Below, piece by piece: positions 48,048 to 60,100 of a stretch of DNA of 62,707 bases (its first letter is position 1; each line of letters starts with the position of its first letter). This stretch comes from Macrostomum lignano. Lineage: Eukaryota. The position numbers were made by a program, and so were the translations under genes. The notes under the pieces are model-generated. The model ran no database searches, was not told where the DNA came from, and saw only the letters and a program-made list of their open reading frames with translations. The stretch spans positions 1 to 62,707 of the forward strand of contig NIVC01003017.1 in assembly GCA_002269645.1 (NCBI GenBank), given 5' to 3'.

Positions 48048-49779
48048 TGCAGATCTGTCAACCCGTGCCGCCAAATGCAAGTGTCAGTAAGATTTACGAA
48101 TTTACATGTACACATTTAGTCTTGTGAGATTACATCATTTACATGTACGAGCGTACGTACCTCTACATTACGTTTAATTACCCTATTAAATTAATGCAAA
48201 TTATTGCATAGCCTCATTTTACAACAGCTCATTTTTTAGCTTTTTAAATGTGCAACTATACTTCCCCTTGCTGTAATTACATTGTATACTCGAAATTTTA
48301 CAATCGAATGGAGTCGACTCCATCACTATCGAATTAAAATTTCAGAATTACAATCGAAATATTACTATATATTAACGTTTTCAGAGAAACTTCCCCTATT
48401 ATAATAGAGGACCCCGACAGACGGTATTACCTGCTGGTCGGATATTGGAACGTGAATTAGGATTCAAGCGCGGCAATTTAAATTCCAAGAATAACTGCAC
48501 CGAACTTTTAAATAGGGTCCTAGGTCCTTTGATCAGTTTTACGTTGGCCTAAAAGGCTATTTGCTTGAGCCAAATTTACTAAGTTACTTTATTCAAATCT
48601 AAAATTAATTCAGTCTCCACCAACCGGGCTAAAACTTACTAAAAGAAACCTCAAACCTCCAATCATCAAACCCACTCGGCCTGAGAATGCTTCGTAAATG
48701 CTACATGTATGTATTTTATTTTTAATAGCCTGTGGAGCCACCGTGCAAATCAGTCAGTCAATCAGTCAATACAAATAGGCCTAGGCCTACTCGTAATAAT
48801 AATATTAGGGCCTACTAATAGAATAGTTAGTACATTATCACTTTTACTAGTACTAGGCCTCCTGCTAGCAATTTATTAAATTTGTTTGGCTTGTGTGCTG
48901 CTTTTTGTGCTTTTTGCAATAATGTAGAAATTTAGATATAGTATAAGTCAGCTTTTATATTCCTAGCCATAAGAGTAGTGGTTTTCTATAGGTATATCTA
49001 TAACTACCTATTGCCTATTGTAATTTATACCTTATACCAATTTTACTAATTACTATATTGGTAGTTGCAATTTTATCTCAATTATCATGCCTACATTTAT
49101 AGTTGAAAACTACCAAAATTTACCACAAAGTATAAACTACATTTGTTCTCTTAATTTTATCAAACTAAATTACATGTAAATAATCTTTTTATCTATATAA
49201 ATTTTGTCTTAGATATTTTGTCTAATAGCTTTTTTGTATGTTCTTAGAGCCTATTTTACAATGCAACACATTTACCTATACTTACTGATTTAGAGTTCAG
49301 ATGATTGCTTAAAAAGTATATATTATCCAACAAATTATTTTATATGACTGTGCTCTTGGTAAATGGTGGTAGTAACTTTAACTACCTTAAAAAGATTAAT
49401 TTAAGCCTTGTAATGAAGTAGGCAATAGCTACTGCGTGCAGACTTGAAATTGTATTTGTAGAGAGCAAAAAGTTCTTACAAGTGTCTGCATACAAACAGG
49501 TTAAAAAGGCCAACGCGCTAGTTAGTCAGTCAACCCCAACCCCCATGTAGCTCAGGCTGGGTGGGCAAACCCCCACCCCTAATCTCCAGGGTTGGTGATG
49601 CATAGATGCGGCGTGATGTGCAGGTGGGTGCAAAGGCACCTAAATGGCCATCTTCATGTGCACTTGCACTTGTCTGCCACAGTAATCTAATAAGTATTGC
49701 TACAAATTTCAAAATGATTGAATTATATTTTTCAGTTGATAACAAAGTGTACATCTATACAAATTGAATTGATTTTATA

Positions 49780-52700
49780 ATGCGAATATCAGCTGGCAAG
49801 ATAATTAAAGGCTTGGCCTGTGTAAGCATGCTATGGTTTTCGCTGTCACTATGGTATAGCATATCGCAAAAAAATCAACAGTCAGCTTCAATGGACGATG
49901 CTAGCTCATCTGAGCTGGAGTCGTTGAATTCTGGTATAAAGCGTCTTCTAGTGCCCAGAGTGAGTGGTCTGCACTACCATCCACTTGTTGGCGGGTCTGG
50001 CAATGCCAGCGGCAGGTCCGCTGCTAACTCAGACTGGTCCTATGGAGATCCAATGCAAGAGAAGCGACAACTCAGGGAATGGCGCTCATCTGAAAAGCAC
50101 TATTGCTCACATAATTTGCTCACTGTCCCAGCCGGTTTTGCCCGCCTGAAAGGTGGAGTTATTGTCGATTCTAGCAAAGGCGCTGGTCGAAAAGGTGGCG
50201 AAGAGATCTCTGAGGTGAATCTCATTTTTTTAATATTTCAAAACCATTACAATCTACATGTTTTTTTGTTCTTGTTAAATCAAGGTAAAAGTGCTTATTC
50301 TACTACTGAAAAAGTAGCTGAATTATTAATCTCTAAAAAATAAATACATAATTTGATTATATACACCTGTCCTATTAGGCTGATTTGCAACCGACAACTC
50401 AGCCACAGGTATTCAGTAGTAAAGCTGTTCAGTCCAAGATCTGAGGGGTCTGGGTCGCCACACACACCCTCAACTACCCCAGCTAATGCTGGCACCCATT
50501 TTTAAGCTGGGTGAACTGAAGCAATGCAGAGTAAAGTGTCTTGTTCAAGGACACAAATTGCTCCGAGTGGGTTGAGAATCCTTTCAGTCGGGAGTCCGAC
50601 GCTCTAATCACTAGGCTAAAACCCTAAAAATTAGTTTCAAGCTACTTAGTAACAGTAGTTTGTAAGTATATTCTTACCGAGATTTATTTAAATCGTTTAC
50701 AAAAATCATGCGAAATTCAGTTTTTATTATACCGCTTCTCAACAGGTGCTCAACCAGTCCGAGAACTCAGAATACTGGACCCTCAAACCGGGCGCATTCC
50801 GCGTCGTCTGTCCAGAGAAACAGCCTGGCATTCAGCTAAAAGATTTTGTTGGCGCATTCCAAAATCCGAAATCGCATCTGAATCTGGTTTACCTGCCCGG
50901 CAGCACTACAATTAGCGAGTCTGAACTGCATCAGCTGCAATCCGATACCCAAACTAAATCTCAACTGGCAGGGCCTGTGCTAGCCATTACCCGATACGAA
51001 TATGCTAATCTGTATCACACTATGACGGACTTCTATAATGCATTTGTTGCCTGCGTCTATTATGGTATTGATCCGGCTAATGCTACAGTGCTCATTGTTG
51101 ATGGCCATCCTAAAGGCTCGTTGGACGGTATCTGGTCCACTTTGTTTGGTCGGGTTGTACGAATTGGCGAGCTCAAGTCTTTACAGGTTGGTTTTTACCT
51201 GCTCGTGTAGATATATTAATAGATTTGAGATCAGTAATGAGTGGCTGTTTCCATGGATTTGAGATCAGCAATGAGTGGCTGTTTCCATGGATTTGAGATC
51301 CGCAATGAGTGGCTGTTTCCATAGATTTGAGGTCAGCAATGAGTGGCTGTTTCCATAGATTTGAGATCAGCAATAAGTGGCTGTTTCCATAGATTTGAGA
51401 TCAGCAATGAGTGGCTGTTTCCATGGATTTGAGATGGATTTGAGATCAGCTATAAGTGGCTGTTTCCATGGATTTGAGATCAGCAATAAGTGGCTGTTTC
51501 CATAGATTTGAGATCAGCAATGAGTGGCTGTTTCCATAGATTTGAGATCAGCAATAAGTGGCTGTTTCCATAGATTTGAGATCAGCAATGAGTGGCTGTT
51601 TCCATGGATTTGAGATGGATTTGAGATCAGCTATAAGTGGCTGTTTCCATGGATTTGAGATCAGCAATAAGTGGCTGTTTTCATGGATTTGACATCAGCA
51701 ATGAGTGGCTGTTTCCATGGATTTGAGATCAGCAATGAGTGGCTGTTTCCATGGATTTGAGATCAATGAGTGGCTGTTTCCATGGATTTGAGATCAGCAA
51801 TAAGTGGCTGTTTCCATGGATTTGACATCAGCAATGAGTGGCTGTTTCCATGGATTTGAGATCAGCAATGAGTGGCTGTTTCCATGGATTTGAGATTGTT
51901 GTAAAAATAACAATTAAGAAAGAGCAAGGTGCTCGGGCCAGTGGCCTCCTGACTGATTTATATTTGCTGTCTAGCTGGGCAGTCTACAAGTACGTAGCCG
52001 CCCTCACAAGTGCGTACATAGGAAAAGACTGACGGAGAGGGTGGTTATAGGCTAATAATAAAAATCGATAATAGAGTTAACCACTCCACTAGCATGCATG
52101 CACCAAAGAACGCGACAGAGATCAATGAGTGGCTGTTTCCATGGATTTAGATGGATTTGTTTCATATCTTATTAAAGTTTGAGTTATTAGCCCTCATAAG
52201 CATAAACCTCACAAGTGGCCTGATTCCACCGCAGGTTGTGGACGACCTGATCTGGGTGATGATGAGTTACGACGCGCCGCTGCACCAGCACAACCGGCCG
52301 AGTTTGCCGCTGCACGAGCCGTTCCGAAGATTCTTCCTGTCCCGCCACGGATTGCCGTTTGCCGACACTGTTGGGGGCGCGGCGGCGTCTTCGCTGGCTG
52401 GCCGCAACTGCACCGGCCTGCGCCTGTTGTTTGTCTGGCGCCGCAACTACGTGGCGCATCCGAGGAATCCGCACGGCAGCGTTGTACGAAAAATCGCTAA
52501 CGAGGAGCAGCTGCTGGCTGAGGCTCAGACCGCGTTTTCTAAATTGCATTTGCGCGTGTCCAGCGCGGCACTGGAGAATATGGACTTTAGACAGCAGCTG
52601 AAACTTATTTCTGGCGTTCAGGTGCGAATCTATTGTCTGATTCATGCGAAGAGCGGAGAGGCAGATTCAAGACCTGAGGAAGAAGAGCGGAGAGGCAGAT

Positions 52701-53324
52701 TCAAGACCTGAGTGAGAAGAGCGGAGAGGCAGATTCAAGTCCTGAGTGAGAAGAGCGGAGAGGCAGATTCAAGGACTGAGTGAGAAGAGCGGAGAGGCAG
52801 ATTCAAGGACTGAGTGAGAAGAGCGGAGAGGCAGATTCAAGGACTGAGTGAGAAGAGCGGAGAGGCAGATTCAAGTCTTGAGTGAGAAGAGCGGAGAGGC
52901 AGATTCAAGTCTTGAGTGAGAAGAGCGGAGAGGCAGATTTAAGTCTTGAGTGAGGAGAGCGGAGAGGCAGATTTAAGTCTTGAGGGAGAAGAGCGGAGAG
53001 GCAGATTCAAGGGCCAACTGGGAAGTCAATAGCAAAGCCTCACCAATAAACCGCCTTCAGATTCTGGCCGGCATGCACGGAGCGGCGCTGTCGCATACGC
53101 TGTTTCTACCGCCGGGCTCGGCTCTGATGGAGCTGTACCCGAACTACTGGAGCCCGGGCAACATTCACTTCCGAGCCATGGCTCGCTGGCGCGGCTTGGC
53201 CTACGATCGCTGGGTGAATTCTGACCCGGCTAACGAGCTGCCGGATCATAAAACTCGTGTGCCACAAGGCGTTGTAACCCGCCTACTAAACAATTTGCTT
53301 CTCCAGATGGGCTGCTCAATCTAG
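49780..53324 (+). CDS. Type II membrane glycosyltransferase family 61 (EOGT/xylosyltransferase-like), 4 exons, ~508 aa
   Basis: Exons 49780-50214, 50746-51186, 52235-52621 and 53061-53324, all phase 0 with GT-AG introns. N-terminal TM helix; TRYEYANLYHTMTDFYN; LFVWRRNY; RKIANE; MDFRQQL; GMHGAALSHTLFLPPGSALMELYP. Confidence 0.88.
50375..50624 (-). mobile_element. tRNA-derived SINE copy (intron 1 of the GT61 gene), B box partly deleted
   Basis: The reverse complement tagcctagtgattagagcgtcggactcccgactgaaagg...ggagcaatttgtgtccttgaacaagacact...cccagcttaaaaatgggt matches the other two copies. Confidence 0.7.
51222..51895 (+). repeat. 34-bp minisatellite (ATGGATTTGAGATCAGCAATGAGTGGCTGTTTCC)n, ~20 copies, GT61 intron 2
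   Basis: Contiguous tandem copies; an orphan partial copy lies at ~52120-52150. Confidence 0.95.
52645..53012 (+). repeat. 34-bp minisatellite (TGAGTGAGAAGAGCGGAGAGGCAGATTCAAGNNC)n, ~11 copies, GT61 intron 3
   Basis: Contiguous tandem copies with period 34 (e.g. 52681 to 52715). Confidence 0.95.
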
Positions 53325-53550
53325 CAGGTGTTGCTCATCGCAATCCGGAAAGCCCGTCTTATGCTGCAGAGCCACGAAATAGTGTATAGAAAACAACTAA
53401 TAGATCGATAAATTAAAAATACACGATCGATTTATAACTACTTTACGGAGCATTTTCTTTATACTTTACTTATAGTAAAAGTAGTAGAATATTACACGTA
53501 TAAAATTAATTGCAAAATAAACTCATATATAATCTACTATGAAGTAGTAA

Positions 53551-53790
53551 GAGGTTGTGGCCTAGCGGTTAGAGCGTCGGACTCACGACTGAAAGGTTGG
53601 GGGTTCGAATCTCGACCCACTCGGAGCAATTTGTTCTTGAGAAAGACACTTGACTCTGCATTGCATTGTGTGTGTGTCGACCGGGGGGGGGGGTCCCAGT
53701 CCTTGGACTGAACAGCCATACGCAGCCTTCAGATGCGCCGCGCAATAGCTGGGACTGCTGAGCTGTCGGTTGCACATCTCCCCGTCAGGG
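53551..53790 (+). mobile_element. tRNA-derived SINE copy
   Basis: A box TGGCCTAGCGG and B box GGTTCGAATC; the body is shared with the other copies (cttggactgaacagc, gctgtcggttgca). Confidence 0.75.
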
Positions 53791-54913
53791 CAGGTGCTTT
53801 CAAAATGTTCAAAACATCTACTATTACTAGAAATTTCTAGTCAGTTAGTGTTTAAATATGCGAGTACTACTACAAATATACCTGCTTTCATATTTTGACC
53901 CAGCTATTTTCACTTAGTGGCTCAGATCAGTCAATTCAAAAAGGAATCCTTTGCTTTCTATAATTCTTTTTAAAGCCAAACTTTTATCTTGTGAATATAC
54001 AAGAAGAATTATTGAATGAATAAGTTTACTTTTATGAATTATTTTGCTTATAATATTTAATTTTAGGCTTATTATTACAAATGATTTTTATCTACTAATT
54101 ATCACACAAGTTATTCTATGTATGAAGTATTTCCTGTATTTTGACCCTGTTAATTAATAGTACAAGACCTTAAGTAAGGTATGGTATTAATCGTTATAAT
54201 AAGTAGATAAACACAGCTTGTGAGAGAAGATTTTGCTTCTCTTATGCCATTGGTGCAAGGAAAATGGTCGACAAAAATTGAATAGTCTCATTTGCTATTT
54301 TTGTTTCAACTGAAATTCGCTGAACAATTTTTTTCCTCACAGATTTCTCAAGTCGCTAATCTCTCTAATGCTGATTGTTGCCGAGTCAAAAATTATTGTT
54401 GGTAAATTTAATAATTAAATATTTTTCAATTATTCTCTTGTGCCTTATAAAATGGTTCATTTCTTCTATTTAAGCTTAATTCAAGGCTAAAATTGTTTTT
54501 CAGTGTTCTCTTCAATTTATTTTCTGTACTCTAATATAATATCCATAAGGAATGCCAGACACTTCTAGTTTTGAGTGGCATTGACATTGTACAGTATGGT
54601 ATGCAAAACTGCTTTTAAAAGCTTAGCAAATGTTCTTTTCCATGAATATTCAGTGGAACACTCACAAAACACAAAATAACAAACAAAATCTCCAGTATAT
54701 CAATATCAGTACATATGCCCCATAAACTATAAATATTTAACATAATAAGCAAAGAACTTAATTCTCTGCAACTCTCCCTCTGCAAAGCTTCCACTTGCTC
54801 TGGCACCAAACTATCTTGACACCAAACTGTCTGGCTTCCTCCGTAAGAAAAGTATATTTTTGTATATTATCTTGCTCATGCTTTAAATCTACTCTCGTAA
54901 CGAGGCTTACTGG

Positions 54914-56130
54914 TGTTATGCCGTGGCTTTCGCCTGAGATAGAACAAGGATTTCCCTGGGTGGTCGGGTAGGTCTTGTTATCCCACCGCTGCCACCAGTG
55001 TAATGGCTGTGCCTACTGCTTCCTCTGTCTGTCCTCGCTATCTAGCACGGCCGGTAGCTGGCCTGAGTGGTCTAGCACTATGGTCCGAAATAACCCCTCT
55101 TAGTCTCCACTGAGTACAGTTAGATAATAACCGAGTATTGGTAGTTGGGTTGCTGCCACCTTGTAGGTCTACAGGTGATATCCTCGACAGGTTACCCCTA
55201 GGTAGGCCTACTGATAAGTAGAAAATAAATAAGACAAACAAGTCAGTTAAACGTTTATTAATGTGAGTAACGGTCACAGGCCGATCCTAAAATATCGTTT
55301 AATAGCTCAACTGGTGTCGCAGTAACAAGTCCCAACCCTATTAGGTGTCACTGATGTTGCCCAACAGCGTAGGTTGTAGGCCACGAGACCAGGTCCAGAC
55401 GGTGTCGAAGGTCTGGCGAGCTGATGACACAAAGACCTGCGGCAATCTTAATGAGCAAATGGCAGCTGCAACAAGGATTTGTTAGCAGGTTATCCCTAGG
55501 AAAAGCGTCTAGCGATCTGCCTAAGCTAGTTCGTCTAGGAAAAGCATCTAGGAATACTAGCCTTTGCTCGAAGCCAAGCAGGCGGTCTCCGAGAGGATGG
55601 TCTCTTTGGGCCTTCACCTACTCCGTATTTATACTAAATTTCGGGGGTCTCAGGGCCAATGGGAAGCTCAGAGGCAGTTCCGTGGCAGATCCCATGGCAG
55701 TTCCGTGAACTACCCGGAGCCAGGAGCGATCTTGGAGATGTCCATAAGACATCTGCCTCATCATGCAGCCTCCGCATGGCCTGCTGGTACACTGCTTGCA
55801 TGTTGCGGCATGCAAGGAGTGCACCAAGACCCCACGAGAGCCTACCCCGGGCGGAGAGCTATGCTCTCACTCCCGCTGACTAAAAGCCTGTACTAAAGGA
55901 GAAATATCCCACTGACTAATGTTTCTATTTTTAGCCCATTGCAGACTGCGCCAGGGGGAGAGGGGGAGAGATTTCTCTCCCTGTCCCGCGACAGCTGCAC
56001 ACCTGAGCCTGCACAAGGAAGAAGGGGAAAGGACAGCCCTATGCCCAGCTCCCACTGCTGCAGCCCAAGCACTAACTGACTAAAGGGGGATCCCAGGAGC
56101 AGCCTATGCTAGCTACGCTGGATCACCACA
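54914..56130 (-). repeat. 3' LTR (TGT...ACA, ~1217 bp), preceded by G-rich PPT-like GGTGGGGTGGG at 56131-56141
   Basis: The minus strand reads GGTGGGGTGGG|TGTGGTGATCC ... GGCATAACA. Its end matches the 16 bp of 5' LTR visible at 62692-62707. Confidence 0.7.
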
Positions 56131-56337
56131 CCCACCCCACCTGAAAAAGAAGAAGCGACACCAGGAGGTTCTTCATCAAGTAAGGTAAGTCAATGTATTT
56201 AATAAGTCATGTAGGTATCAATTAGAGAAAGGCCATAGGCCAATACACAGAAGCTGATAGTTATACTGAAAGGCCTGAGCCAATACGCCTGTGAGGCCAT
56301 ATGCCCCACAATGAGCTACTGTAGACGAGCGTCTCCA

Positions 56338-57170
56338 TTAATGGGCCGGCCTCGCCGTATTCAGCAGAGCGAGGGCCTCGGCTGATAGGGCCGGCATGCG
56401 GCCGAGATCTTGAGCTGCTCTGCGTACTGCGGCCTCCAACGCCACGGCGTAATGCCGATATGGCATGAGCAAAGAGCGCGTTCTCGTGAAGGCTTCGTTG
56501 ATGAGGGCGCGCCGCTCATCCTCGGCCATAGCCTTTAGTGCAATGGTTTGCGGTGTGGACCAGGCCGTTACTTCTCCGGTATACGCGGCTTTCAGCAGAA
56601 TGGCCGCGATCATCTGCTTGATAGGCTCCCTGGCCGGCTGCGACTGGCTGCTACAGGCCGTCCCGCCACTGCTGGCCGGTGCCACCTTGCTAGGAGGGGA
56701 GCGGCTTCGCCCTCCCAGCCTTTCCAAGGCCGTCGGCCGTCCAGCGGGCTGCCAGTTGGCCGCGCGCTGCCGGGAGCGACTCCTCGATGGTCCTGCCGCT
56801 GCCCGGCCTCTGGCCGGGGCTTCTCCAACAGGGCCGTCTTCCTAGGGGTTGGCTCTGTTTGAGGCCCGGCCACAGCCTGGACGTTCGTGTCGACTCGCAA
56901 TAATGTACGGCGGGTAATGCCGATGGGCGCTGTAACCGGCGGGCCAGACGGTATTGGCGTTGGCTGGGTCTTCACCCGCCCTTCATCGGGACGCGGTGAT
57001 GATGACTCGATCGGCTCGAAAGAGTCGTTCGAAGCTGACAGAGAGAGCTGCTGCTCTAGAGGCATCTCGTCCTCGCTCATGATGGTGCTGGAATGCGGAA
57101 AGAAGCGCCTTATTGAAGAGGCGAGCGCATCCCTGATCCTAGCAACATAAGATTTAGCTCTAGGATTCAT
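56338..57170 (-). CDS. Extra ORF3 between pol and the 3' LTR (two overlapping ORFs 57170-56610 and 56727-56338, probably one frameshifted gene), unknown function
   Basis: ATG 3 nt after the pol stop; Pro/Ser-rich disordered N-part and an Ala/Arg-rich helical C-part; no signal peptide or TM. Confidence 0.45.
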
Positions 57171-57172
57171 TA

Positions 57173-60100
57173 TTAGTCTATCTGGGGCTCGGCGGTCTCT
57201 CCGCGGGCGCTCAGCAACAGGCTGAGGGTCCGGGGCACCGCTTCGGGCTGTTCTATGTCCCTAGGTGTTTCAGGTTGCTCATGAACAGCTACCCCATTTT
57301 TATTCATTTCAGGTTCGGCGACTTCTGGGATCGCTGCTAGTGCTGCGGCCGGACGCAGAAAGTAGCGCGGAGCCCAGTCGTTATTATCGTCATCGAGCTC
57401 GTCAACGTCATCGGCGACTTCGCCGGTATTCTGAGAGGCAGTGGTTTCTATGGCAACGCGAGGCTTACGCGGCGGCCCAGCACGGTGCTCAGCTGCCCGG
57501 CCAGCTGGCTCTGGATAGTCAGCTTGCGGAACCGGTAGCATATTGCGACGGTGCACCACCAACTCCTCTCGACGAGCCCTAGGATTCCGGAGGCGAGGTC
57601 TGATCTTGTAGACAACTTCTCCTTTGCGCTCTACTACTTCATACACAGCCTTGCGCGGTCTGTGAAATTTCTGCGCTTCCCAAGACTGATCTAAGACTGG
57701 ATTGTTCAAGAAGACTAGGTCACCCGGTGAGAGCTGCTTGGCCTTCGGGCGATTCTCATAATGTTCATCGCGAAGTTCTTGATGCAGCTTCACACGGTCC
57801 TGGGCTAACTTATTAGCTTCCTCTAGTCTCTTCTGGAAGTCTTGGACGTACGTTGGCAAGTCCGGATATTCAGGTGGGACCCGAAGCTCATTATCAATGG
57901 GCATCCGGAATTCTCTTCCAAAGACCAAGAAGTAGGGCGTAAACCCTGTAACCGGGTGAACGCTAGATCGCAGAGCGATCATGCATGCTGGGAGGAAGGT
58001 ATCCCAATCTTGGTGATTCTTCTCCAGCAAGCACGTGAGTACACTCTTGATTGTCTTGTTGAGATTTTCCACCTGGCCATTCGAACTAGGATTATACGGC
58101 GTTGTAGTCGTGTGCCTAATGCCGTACAGCTCACAAAACTTCTTAAAGTCCTTTCCAGTGAAATTCGTTCCTTGGTCGGTGTGCAGCCACGCTGGTACAC
58201 CGTACTCCGGAAACAATCTTTCCTGAAGAATCTTGACTACGGTCTTGGTCTTCTGGTTCCGCATAGGGAACGCAAAAGGGTATTTTGAAGTAGCATCGCA
58301 TAGCGTCAGAATATAGCGGTGGCCAGCTCGCGAAGGCTGCGAGATTGGGCCGACAACGTCGCAGTGTAGCCGCCCCATCACTTCACAGACTGGGAAACTC
58401 TGCACAGGCACGGCTTCGCGACGGCGAGTCTTGCTCTCCAGGCAAACTCGACATCGGGCCACGTAGGCCTTAACCGCTTTGCTCAAAGACGGCCTCCAAA
58501 ACCTTTGTCTAACCCGAAGATAGGTCTTAGTTTCGCCAAGGTGTCCACTCAAGGGAGCATCATGGAGCTCTTTGAACACCTGGTCATCTAGACTCTTCGG
58601 CAGCACAATGCGCGGTGGACGGTCTGCTATGTCTTCATCGTAGACGAGCAGGTTGTCTACTAGCCGCAACATCTCAAAGTAGCCTAGTAGGTTGCGCGTA
58701 TCCCTACTAAGACGTAGTCGGGCGTCAAAGGACGGCTTGGGCGAACTAGTCGCTAAAAGATTTCTGACGAACTCAATGTCCGGGTCCTTCTGCTGCTCGA
58801 GGAGCAGTTGGTCTCGCTTCAGAGGTTCGGACAGAAAATCACTAAGCAGAACACGACAGCGTGGAGGAACATCCTCACTAACGCTACGGTTCGCTGATTC
58901 CGTTATTGAAGCAGATAATGGCCTTGCTGCGTCGTCGGTCCGGATTCCTGCGGTCAGGTCACCTGAGACACGAGGGCGAACAGCTTCTATGGCCGTAGGT
59001 GCGGTAGTGTGGCGTCCAACTGGGGCAAAGTCCACAGCTAAACCAGCAACCTTGGCTGCCCATTCTGAGCGGCGGTCCACTGAGGGACAACATGTCACAT
59101 CAGTCTGGCAGACAGCCTCGGACGCTCCAGCCGAACAACGGTTCACTGAGGAACAACATGTTGAGTCGGCAGAAACGGCCGCAATAACGGGTGTCGGACA
59201 TCGGTCCACTGAGGGACAACATGATGAGCCGGCGACGGCAATACGAGATCCCTGCGAGGCAGAACTGCTGGATGTTACTTGGTCGGCGTCTTCGACTAAT
59301 CCGAGGGCTGAGGGTACAGTGGCCTCATTTTCTGTCTGGTTGGGTGTCCGTGCTCCAGGACGACAGTCATCGAACTCCGGACCGTCCGGCTTTCTTGATA
59401 AGCTGTCTGCGTTCTGGTGCAAACTTCCCTTCCGATGAATGACAGCAAAGTCGAATTCACTTAGCCGTTCGACCCAACGACCCAGGATCCCTTCGGCTTC
59501 AGTCTGGCGAATGAGCCAAAGCAGAGCCCTGTGATCTGTTCTAACCTCAAATCTCTTGCCGATTAAGTAGTAACGAAAGTGCCTCATCGAGTCAACAACG
59601 GCCAAAAGCTCACGCTTGGTGTTGTTGTACCTCGTTTCAGGCTCGCGCAATTTCCGACTAAAATAGGCAACAGGCCGCTCCGCACCATCGGATTGGCGCT
59701 GGCCTAAACAGGCGCCGATTCGGAAACCTGAGGCATCACAATCCAGGACGAAGACTGTGTCTGGGTCTGTGTTGTACTCTGGGTACGCGAGGACCTCAGT
59801 AGAGCACAGCTTCTTCTTGAGCTCATCGAAAGCTTTCGAGTGTTGCTCTGTCCATAGCCCCTTGAACCCAACAAGGTTCTTCCGAGTCAATTGATGCAAC
59901 GGGGCAGCAATTTCGGCGTAATTCTTAACGAATTTGGCATAGTAGTTACAGAGACCTAGAAAGCTCTGCAGCTGCTTGACTGTCTGAGGACGCGGCCAGT
60001 CTAGTATCTGCTGTACCTTGTCTTCATTAGTCCTAATGCCTCGTCTATCGACTACATGTCCGAGATAGTGCAACTCTGTCTTAAACAGATGGCATTTGCG

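Noticed and set aside
49780-53324. Assigning EOGT or POMGNT2 orthology
   Set aside because: The motifs support GT61 membership only; orthology needs a phylogeny.
53551-53630. Genuine tRNA gene (also 42330-42398)
   Set aside because: The tRNA-like head continues into a shared non-tRNA body in three dispersed, diverged copies and lacks a proper acceptor stem; it is a SINE.
56338-57170. env gene
   Set aside because: No signal peptide, furin site, fusion peptide or TM anchor.
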